Positions 1-7,150 of a stretch of DNA of 24,904 bases are shown here, piece by piece. Under the pieces are notes generated by a model. That model saw nothing but the letters and a program-made list of their open reading frames with translations, had not been told where the DNA came from and searched no databases. This DNA is from Chthoniobacteraceae bacterium. Lineage in GTDB: Bacteria > Verrucomicrobiota > Verrucomicrobiia > Chthoniobacterales > Chthoniobacteraceae. Each line of letters starts with the position of its first letter. Position 1 is the stretch's first letter. The stretch covers positions 1-24,904 of the forward strand of contig JANNWY010000009.1 in NCBI GenBank assembly GCA_031409335.1, read 5' to 3'. The position numbers were made by a program, and so were the translations under genes.

Positions 1-1748
1 CGCACGCATATCAGCCGACTAACCGCAGGGGACCAGACACCCGCCTGACTCGCCGCTCCAATTCCCCGGCCACGGTTCCCATCCCCAAGCGCAAAGTTAC
101 TCGATCCAAGTAATGAAGAAATCCTATTTTCCTGTTGCAAAAAAGACAGCCATATCAACGACCCCAAGCTCAGCGACTGCGGAGGGCGGCGCAGCCTGTG
201 CGGAAAGGCGGTGGGGGCGAAGGTGGCGGGAGCACAGGCTGTGACGCCCAGGTCATGTTGCCTTTTTGTCAGTTCTTTACAGGTTGATGAACCTGTGAGG
301 GTTATCTCGATCGCCGACTCGCCCACGATGATTTTTTCCGTGAGGCTTTCCACGATCTGGCGCTTTTCTTCCCGACTCAATTTTGGCCACGCATCGTGCA
401 GCGTCGCCGCTTCGGCGAGGATGCCATCCACGGAAAGTTGATCCACTTTGGCGAGGTCCACCTCCGCCTGGAGTTTGGGCAGCGTCGAGGTGACCTGTTC
501 CAATCGCTCTTCCAGCGGACCGAACAGACTGGCGAACGTTTCCCGCTTGATCTGCTTCTCCCGAAAAAGTGCCAGGATCTCATTCATTTCGGTCCGGATT
601 TTCTCGCGCTCCCGGTGCATGGATTCGAGCAGGGATTGCTTCTCGTGGAGCATTTCATTTCCCTTCGCAACACTTGCGGCCACCTGTGTCGGATCGAGAA
701 AGTAGCCCTTGAGTTGCTCCAGGAACACCGCTTCCAAATCGACCACCGGGATTTTGTTTCGGCATCCTTTCCGGAAGCAGGTGTATTTCGGCACCGCCGT
801 CGGAACATACATTTTCGCGCCGCACTGGCAGGTCGCGAGGCCGGCAAAGAGATGGACTGGCCGTTTGCCGGGTGGCAGGGATGTCCGCTTCCGCTCATCC
901 AGAATTGCGTTGCACCGCTCCCAGATTTCCTCCGACACGATCGGCTCCACTTTGATCCAGAGCCACTGATCCCGCGGTTTGATTACGCAGCGTCTCCTGT
1001 TCTCCGTGGTCGTGAAAAGCGTCCGCTTCTGCCCTTTGGCGGTCGGATCTTTGATCAAAAACTTGATCGTCGAGTCAGAAAACATCGCCCCTTTGCGGGT
1101 GCGGTAACCGCGCTCATTCAAGATCGTCGCCACCGTTTTGAGGCGGCGAGTTTCCAGAAAGAGATCATAGATCATCTTCCGCACCGCGGCTTCCGCGGGT
1201 TTCGGGACGTATTCTTTCCGTTCGTTCCAGTGGTATCCATATACGGGCACGTTCCCTACCGGTCGGCCCATTTTGGCGCGCGTCTCGACCGAAGCTTTCA
1301 CACGGCTCGCCGTCTCCTCGCGCTCGCACTGCGCCATCGCGGCGATAAGCGTGTAAGACATCCGACCGTAGGGACTCGATGTGTCGATGTTCTCCCCGAG
1401 CGAAATCAAATCCGCGCCGTGTTCATTAAACAATTCCGAGAACTCCAGAAGTTGTTTCGTGTTCCGCGCGAGCCGCGCCAGCTTTGAGAAAATCAACCCC
1501 GAAATCCGCCCCTTCCGCACGTCCCGGAGCATTCTCTGAGCTTCCGGATGTTCTCCGACCGATTTTCCTGAAACGCCCGCGAGATCGTAAACCTCAACCA
1601 CCTCCCAGTCCTTGGAATCGGCATACGCGCGCGCCCGAATCTGATGAAGTTCCGGGCTCTCCCCTTTCGCCTGTTCCTCCGTGCTTACCCGAATCCAGAT
1701 TCCCACCGGTTTGCGCACATTCGTTGCTGCGGAAATTGATGTTTTCAT
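1..1748 (-). CDS. Large serine recombinase (resolvase + recombinase + Zn-ribbon + coiled coil); frame runs off the left window edge
   Basis: Manual translation from ATG 1748: MKTSISAATNVRKPVGIWIRVSTEEQAKGESPE (catalytic RVST), VSGKS, GLIFSKLARLARN, ENIDTSSPYGR, AAMAQCEREE, YGY, TCQCG...YTCFRKGC (Zn ribbon), KRQIVESLTEKIIV...IEITL. No in-frame stop down to base 1; the recombinase-like part ends near 255 (~500 aa). Confidence 0.93.
   Translation of the reverse strand, partial: MKTSISAATNVRKPVGIWIRVSTEEQAKGESPELHQIRARAYADSKDWEVVEVYDLAGVSGKSVGEHPEAQRMLRDVRKGRISGLIFSKLARLARNTKQLLEFSELFNEHGADLISLGENIDTSSPYGRMSYTLIAAMAQCEREETASRVKASVETRAKMGRPVGNVPVYGYHWNERKEYVPKPAEAAVRKMIYDLFLETRRLKTVATILNERGYRTRKGAMFSDSTIKFLIKDPTAKGQKRTLFTTTENRRRCVIKPRDQWLWIKVEPIVSEEIWERCNAILDERKRTSLPPGKRPVHLFAGLATCQCGAKMYVPTAVPKYTCFRKGCRNKIPVVDLEAVFLEQLKGYFLDPTQVAASVAKGNEMLHEKQSLLESMHREREKIRTEMNEILALFREKQIKRETFASLFGPLEERLEQVTSTLPKLQAEVDLAKVDQLSVDGILAEAATLHDAWPKLSREEKRQIVESLTEKIIVGESAIEITLTGSSTCKELTKRQHDLGVTACAPATFAPTAFPHRLRRPPQSLSLGSLIWLSFLQQENRISSLLGSSNFALGDGNRGRGIGAASQAGVWSPAVSRLICV
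184..249. repeat. 18-bp imperfect inverted repeat with a G-rich 30-nt loop, next to the presumed att junction
   Basis: gggcggcgcagcctgtgc (184-201) pairs with gcacaggctgtgacgccc (232-249) at 16 of 18 positions by Watson-Crick pairing. Confidence 0.6.
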
Positions 1749-1886
1749 CGGGACAAGTTAGCAAAACTTCAACAACTGTCTTGCGCAACCTTCATTCGCT
1801 TTTGCCTCACACAGCACAGGTCGCGAGCGCATTTTTTCTGCATACCTGCGTTCTAAAATTGAGCAGCGCGAAGTCTGCAACACGAT

Positions 1887-4800
1887 CTAATCGAATCTCG
1901 CGAACCTTTCTCTGAACATCGGACGCGTGATGCCCGGTGCATACCGCGAGGGCAAGCGTGTCTTCCGCGTTCGCCCCGATACCCGCGTCGTTAGCGCTCG
2001 CAACATCGCCCCTGCCACCGGTTTTAGCTTTCCGATAAAGACGACGCAATCATTGCTGTCCTGCTTTGCTTGCACCGCGACAATCAAGAGCAAGCCCCTC
2101 TCCCGTAATCGGGAGAGAGGCTGTTGCTTTTGTCCGGAAGTATCGTTCTGCCAGGCGCGTACCCGCAGCGCGCAAGTGTCACTCACCGACGAATCCTCTG
2201 GTGAAGACACTGTAAGCATGATTCGGTGAATTCGCCGGTGCGGGACGCTGCTGTTCACTCCAACCTCCACTTTGATCGGGAGGTATTCCTCAGAGCCAAG
2301 TCCGTCAAAACGGTACTTTCCCTCGATTACCTGGGCCGTGATGTCCTCGCGACCGCGCAAATATCGCACGCTGAACTTTCCCGCGACGCGTGCAGTCCCG
2401 CGAACGAGCAGTGATGTTGGCTGGGCTCCCATGTTCTTCGGAGCATAGATCGCGGTGCGCTTTGTGCCGCGAGCCACATTGATGACAATTTCCTGCCCAG
2501 CAGCATCGTTGTTGATCACGCCCCAACCGACAAGGCGCGCGGCTGACATGCCGATTGCTCCATCGAGTTTGACGGTTTCGGTAATGGTAATTGTTGCGGG
2601 ATTGACCGCACCCAGAGTTGCGCCGTTCGTGGGATTCAACAACGTTGCAACGAACGTTTCGTCATTTTCGACTTCACTGTCGTCCGTTATCGGCACAAGA
2701 ACGTCTCTCTGCGTTTGTCCTTCTGCAAAAGCGACTGTGATTTCATCCACAGCAAAATCGTCAGCACTTGCGGTTCCCGGCGTGAGCCGAAGTGTTACGC
2801 TAGTTGCCTCCGTCCCAACGGTTCGGATAACTGGAATCGTCACGTCCGGTGTTCCCTCCACAACCCGGTAGGTTGACGAGCCGAATTCAATAACGCTTCG
2901 ACGTTCGGAGTTGAATACTGCCGTGATGTTCTTGCTAGTGTTCATCGTCACCTGTAGCGGGTTCTGGGCTCCGCTCGCATCTCCGCCCCAGCCCGTGAAC
3001 TGGTAGCCGTCGGCCGGCGTAGCGGTGAGCGCAACCACGGTCCCACTTTTGTAATTCGTCAGGTTCGGGCTCTTTGCCACCGTGCCGTTGATTGCGTTGA
3101 TGTTCAGGGTGTACCACTCGTCGACGTGAATGAAGCTCGCTGTGATGGCCTTATTGGCATTCATAGTCACCGAAAGCGGGTTCTGCATCCCGCTCGCATC
3201 GCCGCTCCAGCTACTGAATATGAATTTGATACCACTATTGCTCGGTATCGCTGTCACCGTGACAACGGTTCCATCCGCATACTTTCCGTCAGTGCCCGGC
3301 TGCGGATTAACTCCGATGCTCCCTCCCGTCGTCGGATTCAGATTCAGCGTGTAGCGCTGAGGCGAAGCATTGGTGATATTCCCAGTGCCACCGATCATTG
3401 CCCCCACGCCATCGAAGCTCGCGGTTCCGTTGAAGCTCCGCACACCGGCGGTGCCGACTGGCGGTGTCGCCCGATAGTTCAATGTCCGCGAGGTGTTATC
3501 GAAAAACGGCCCCCATTTCACCTTGCCGTTCACGGCATCCCAAACTCCACCGTTATCGATGTTGCTCACAGTCCACCCGATTGGCGGGGCGTCCTCGATA
3601 GCATATGCGGAAGTGCCAGCCGCCGGGCTCGCAGTAATCGCGATATTCACTGGGCTACCCGCCGCATAGGAAGAAGGAAGACCGCGAATTGCCGAAGCGG
3701 TTGACGCCGGGGCCAATGTAACCTGGCTTCGGGCGCTTTGCGCGGCCGCTGCGGACCCGGTCTGCCATGATAATGGTGCAGTCTGGCTGGAATCGTAATG
3801 ATAGAGCTCGCCGTTTTTCCACAGATACCCGGCTCGGGTCACATAGTTCACGTCGATCGGATTTGGAGACACCGGCCACGATGAACCTGTCTTCCACGCC
3901 GAGCCGTAGGCTGTGAGTTCATTGATCACGATTTGGAGGTCGTTATTCGTGTCAGTCGGGTGGAACTGGAGATTCGACTTGTCCAGCGAGCTGCCACCGT
4001 CGATAGGCGCGGATTGTCCGTCAAAGCTGGCGCTGCCCGCGAAGGTCTTCGCGCCGGTTTCGCCGATTGGCGGAGTCACCTGATACGTTAGCGTTCTCGC
4101 GGCGTTATCGAAGAACGGCCCCCATTTCACCTTGCCATTGACCGTGTCCAAGGTGCCGCCCTGTGAGATGTTGCTTACTGTCCAACTGGCAGGCGGCGCA
4201 TCTTCCACCGCATAACTCGACACTGACGCTGCCGGGTTCGCAGCAATCGCGACCGACAAGGCTGCGCCGGGCGCATAGCCAAATGAAGGCAATGTGCGCA
4301 TCGCTGAGCCCTTAACTTGTATCAAGATGTAAGGCCCCGTCGCCGCCGCCGTCTGGTTTGCGACTACTGCGATCGCCTGGTTGCCCGGCGTCGTCCATCC
4401 GGTGATTGCCTTGAACGCAACCGTGTGGTTGCCCGCCGACAATCCGTTCACCGTCGCGCCACTGCTCTGGAATGGCCCGCCGTCCACTTGCCATTGCGCC
4501 CCGGCATTCACCGCGTCCGCTGGTGTCAGCGTGACTCGCAGAGAGCCCGGCTGCGGAGTATTGAAATAGCCGCGGAAGACGGCCCAATCCCAGTTCACCG
4601 GGTCGGTATGATGGTGCAATCCGCCACCAAGTCCCGCGTTAGTCGGGTCCGGCACTTGATTGTGACCGATGATTCCAGAACCGCTCGCAGGACTCGCCAG
4701 CATGATCCCCGTCGGGAATGTCGTTGGGACACTGAAGCGTTGTTGGATCGACTTAACCAAATCCGCAGCAACCGAATACTGGATCGAAGTCGGTGTTTCA

Positions 4801-6338
4801 ACACCAGACTGCTCAATCTCAATGTTGATTGACGCAAGGTTGTAAGAGTAGTTTCCGGCAGTGTAAGCTACGTCTCCCTCGCGGACGAACTGAGTAACTG
4901 CTCCCGTGCGTGCGACCATGTAGTGGGCACTAGCCTTGCTTACCGGGTTTTGAAACCACGAGATTGTCGCCGCCGCGGATCCATCTGTGGTGTGGATGAT
5001 GATCCAGGGCACTGTAGATGAGCTGCGATTGCCTGTCTCATAGTTGCCCACTGCAGCGGCAGCCCATGTAGCTCCCGGGTAGTCTGTTGCCGGAGGCACG
5101 CCGGTTGCAAAGCTGAGATTATTACTTGCCGCGCTCCAGCCGACGGAGTTTTTCGCGAAAGCGTGGACGGTATAGGTAGTGCCTGGCGACAGGCCGGTCA
5201 ACGCATGGCTAAAGGACGTGCCGTTGACAGGCACTGTGTCGATCACCGTGCCAGGAAAGCTCGAGGACGTGTATTCAAACCGCGCGTCGGTGATCGCTCC
5301 ACCGCCGGTATTTGTCACGGTCGCGTTCAATGTCGCGCCAGTCGCGCTCACATTCGTCGCAGAATCGGTGCGGACGGTAGGCGCTGTCAGGATCTGCTCG
5401 ACGGTGAAACTCCAAACGTCGCCTGTCGTTTCCCCGGCGGTGTTGATGGCATCGATCTTCCAGTAATACGTCGTGCCGGCATTCAGCCCGGTCGGAGCAA
5501 AGCTCGCGCCTGCCTGCGTTCCTTGCTCTTCACCGCTGTCCGGAGTCGCGTCCGTTCCAAAATATACCCGATAACTGGTCGCCCCGCCCCCGTTGCTCCA
5601 AGTGAGCGAGGACGGTGCGGTGACGGTTGTAATGTTTCCGGGGCTCGGATTCGTCGGTTTTAGGGGCTTCGTTCCCGGCGTCTGGAAATACCGCACGGCG
5701 GTGTAAGAGGAGAGGCCCGTCGCGTTACCCGCCGCCACGTTCCAGCGATACGTCTTGCCCGCCGTCAGCGCGGTCGTATAGCTCGCATTGGCCGTCGTGG
5801 TGTCCACGACCAGCGCACCCGTGGCAATATCGCGCACGCCGATGTCGTAATACGTCGCTCCGGGCGACGCGCTCCAGCTCATCGTCACCGTGCTGCTTGC
5901 CTGGATCGGCCCCGGACTGCTCGCCGTTCCCGGAACCGGATTCGTCGGCGTGGCGGGAATTACTACCACTGTCGGCGTCTGGAAATACCGCACGGTGGTG
6001 TAAGAGGAGAGGCCCGTCGCGTTACCCGCCGCCACGTTCCAGCGATAAGCCTTGCCCGCCGTTAGCGTGGCAGTGTAGCTCGCATTGGCCGTCGTGGTGT
6101 CCACCACCAGCGCACCCGTGGCAATATCGCGCACGCCGATGTCGTAATACGTCGCTCCGGGCGACGCGCTCCAACTCATCGTCACCGTGCTGCTTGCCTG
6201 AATCGGTCCCGGACTGCTCGCCGTTCCCGGACTCGGATTCGTCGGGGTGCTCGGAGCCCCGGACGCCGAGTGCGAAACAGACAAAGTGACCCAAGCTATC
6301 AGCAGGGCTATGAAGGATGATAGATATTGGTTTTTCAT
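1887..6338 (-). CDS. Secreted multidomain surface protein with an N-acetylmuramoyl-L-alanine amidase (Amidase_2-like) domain, Fn3-like domains, cohesin/dockerin-like modules, InlB B-like repeats and Calx-beta
   Basis: Signal peptide MKNQYLSSFIALLIAWVTLSVSHSA; ~4 Fn3-like domains. Amidase motifs IIIHTT, SAHY, SINIEIE, IIGH, HTDP (~4570-5090). Two beta-sandwich repeats (..VEDAPP..WTVSNI..NGKVKWGPFFD) flank DTNNDLQIVINE. Two Y-G-V-TA-P-F-W-GDASG repeats, then Calx-beta (FAEGQTQRDVLVPITDDSEVENDETF). Confidence 0.9.
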   Translation of the reverse strand: MKNQYLSSFIALLIAWVTLSVSHSASGAPSTPTNPSPGTASSPGPIQASSTVTMSWSASPGATYYDIGVRDIATGALVVDTTTANASYTATLTAGKAYRWNVAAGNATGLSSYTTVRYFQTPTVVVIPATPTNPVPGTASSPGPIQASSTVTMSWSASPGATYYDIGVRDIATGALVVDTTTANASYTTALTAGKTYRWNVAAGNATGLSSYTAVRYFQTPGTKPLKPTNPSPGNITTVTAPSSLTWSNGGGATSYRVYFGTDATPDSGEEQGTQAGASFAPTGLNAGTTYYWKIDAINTAGETTGDVWSFTVEQILTAPTVRTDSATNVSATGATLNATVTNTGGGAITDARFEYTSSSFPGTVIDTVPVNGTSFSHALTGLSPGTTYTVHAFAKNSVGWSAASNNLSFATGVPPATDYPGATWAAAAVGNYETGNRSSSTVPWIIIHTTDGSAAATISWFQNPVSKASAHYMVARTGAVTQFVREGDVAYTAGNYSYNLASINIEIEQSGVETPTSIQYSVAADLVKSIQQRFSVPTTFPTGIMLASPASGSGIIGHNQVPDPTNAGLGGGLHHHTDPVNWDWAVFRGYFNTPQPGSLRVTLTPADAVNAGAQWQVDGGPFQSSGATVNGLSAGNHTVAFKAITGWTTPGNQAIAVVANQTAAATGPYILIQVKGSAMRTLPSFGYAPGAALSVAIAANPAASVSSYAVEDAPPASWTVSNISQGGTLDTVNGKVKWGPFFDNAARTLTYQVTPPIGETGAKTFAGSASFDGQSAPIDGGSSLDKSNLQFHPTDTNNDLQIVINELTAYGSAWKTGSSWPVSPNPIDVNYVTRAGYLWKNGELYHYDSSQTAPLSWQTGSAAAAQSARSQVTLAPASTASAIRGLPSSYAAGSPVNIAITASPAAGTSAYAIEDAPPIGWTVSNIDNGGVWDAVNGKVKWGPFFDNTSRTLNYRATPPVGTAGVRSFNGTASFDGVGAMIGGTGNITNASPQRYTLNLNPTTGGSIGVNPQPGTDGKYADGTVVTVTAIPSNSGIKFIFSSWSGDASGMQNPLSVTMNANKAITASFIHVDEWYTLNINAINGTVAKSPNLTNYKSGTVVALTATPADGYQFTGWGGDASGAQNPLQVTMNTSKNITAVFNSERRSVIEFGSSTYRVVEGTPDVTIPVIRTVGTEATSVTLRLTPGTASADDFAVDEITVAFAEGQTQRDVLVPITDDSEVENDETFVATLLNPTNGATLGAVNPATITITETVKLDGAIGMSAARLVGWGVINNDAAGQEIVINVARGTKRTAIYAPKNMGAQPTSLLVRGTARVAGKFSVRYLRGREDITAQVIEGKYRFDGLGSEEYLPIKVEVGVNSSVPHRRIHRIMLTVSSPEDSSVSDTCALRVRAWQNDTSGQKQQPLSRLRERGLLLIVAVQAKQDSNDCVVFIGKLKPVAGAMLRALTTRVSGRTRKTRLPSRYAPGITRPMFRERFARFD
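2093..2122 (-). terminator. Terminator/REP-like hairpin inside the last 90 codons of the 1483-aa ORF
   Basis: agcccctctcccg-taat-cgggagagaggct, 13-bp stem. The single mismatch is a G-U pair on the minus-strand RNA; only a weak U-rich tail follows. Confidence 0.55.
5676..6245 (-). repeat. Intragenic near-identical direct repeat (two Fn3-like domains, 297-nt offset)
   Basis: ~5676-5948 and ~5973-6245 both encode PTNP.PGTASSPGPIQASSTVTMSWSASPGATYYDIGVRD...RYFQTP with few nucleotide differences. Confidence 0.95.
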
Positions 6339-6342
6339 GATG

Positions 6343-6453
6343 TTATATGTTCAAAGCTGAGTTAGCCTGGATCGTATCGCCGACGACGAGGCCGTGCATA
6401 GTGCTGGCGAAAACGAAGGCGATTGACAGACAAAGGAAGTAAGGGCGTATCAT
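6343..6453 (-). pseudogene. 36-aa ORF: signal peptide plus the start of a possible SH3b-like domain; probable gene remnant
   Basis: MIRPYFLCLSIAFVFASTMHGLVVGDTIQANSALNI*; the stop lies 4 nt before the ATG of the 1483-aa gene. Confidence 0.5.
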
Positions 6454-6550
6454 AGCGACGGAAGCTTGAGATGCGGTCTGCTGTTGAGTAGTTGTGGAGT
6501 GGTGAACCAGAGTTGAGAAACTGACGCGGTAAGTGCTTCAGCGGTGAAAA

Positions 6551-6991
6551 CTACATCCCCATCATGAACGCGGAGCGGGACTGGCCCCACTGGTAGTCAG
6601 TCACCCGCCCGGCGGCATTAAACGTAACCATCCCGGTTTTCATCTTCGCCGCCAGATTGTAGTAAGGGATGCGGAATTTCCATGCGTCGAAGGTGTAGCT
6701 CCAGGTTTCTCCACGAGGAGAGTTTTGCGTCCATTTCGGTCCACCGTAGCGGGCGCGAACTTGGGCGCGCGTCATTCCGATGGACGGCGGGATGGTCCTG
6801 TCGAAGCCTTGATCTGCCTCGACTTTACGCTCCTTTTTTTGCGGTCTGGCAGTGGCGCTTTGGTTCGCAGCGCGGGACTGCGGCCGTGGATCTGACGCAC
6901 TTGCGGGCAGCAAGCTCATGAGCGAAGCGCAGAGGAGCAGAAGGCACGTGCGGTTTTGGGTTTTGGAGGTGGTGCGGATTGTCGGTTTCAT
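6551..6991 (-). CDS. Small secreted protein with a SmpA/OmlA (BamE)-like domain, 146 aa
   Basis: Start chosen at ATG 6991 (MKPTIRTT...CLLLLCASLMSLLPASA signal). Motif IGMTRAQVRARYGGP...ETWSY...VTFNAAGRVTDY. Confidence 0.75.
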   Translation of the reverse strand: MKPTIRTTSKTQNRTCLLLLCASLMSLLPASASDPRPQSRAANQSATARPQKKERKVEADQGFDRTIPPSIGMTRAQVRARYGGPKWTQNSPRGETWSYTFDAWKFRIPYYNLAAKMKTGMVTFNAAGRVTDYQWGQSRSAFMMGM

Positions 6992-7057
6992 AGGTAGGAG
7001 TTTTGATTGAGTTGTTCCGAGGCCGGTGACGTGGATTTGGTCACGCGCCCGTCCTCG

Positions 7058-7090
7058 CCCCTGTCTCCGAAAAACCGCGAGTGTGGTAAC
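7058..7090 (-). promoter_or_regulatory. Candidate ECF promoter, copy A
   Basis: Minus strand GTTACC-acactcgcggttt-TTCGGAG-ac-AGGGG, ~70 nt upstream of ATG 6991. Confidence 0.6.
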
Positions 7091-7150
7091 ACCCGATCGA
7101 GTGTTTTTTTTGCGCCCACTCCTCCCGAGTGGCGGCGCTTCCAAATTCGC

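Noticed and set aside
130..260. tRNA, tmRNA, SRP or RNase P gene as integration target
   Set aside because: No diagnostic conserved motifs could be recognised.
396..1487. 363-aa plus-strand ORF
   Set aside because: Antisense shadow of the serine recombinase; no recognisable motifs.
5676..6245. Possible DGR template/variable repeat pair
   Set aside because: Both copies are in-frame domains of one gene, the differences are not adenine-specific, and no reverse transcriptase is present.
7088..7137. Two small dyads around a T8 run as terminator for the kinase gene
   Set aside because: The run reads as A8 on the coding (minus) strand, so it is not a U-tail. It may instead be an upstream element or operator of candidate promoter A.
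6992..7144. Longer 197-aa version of the BamE-like ORF
   Set aside because: The extension precedes the signal peptide and spans the candidate promoter; ATG 6991 is more plausible.
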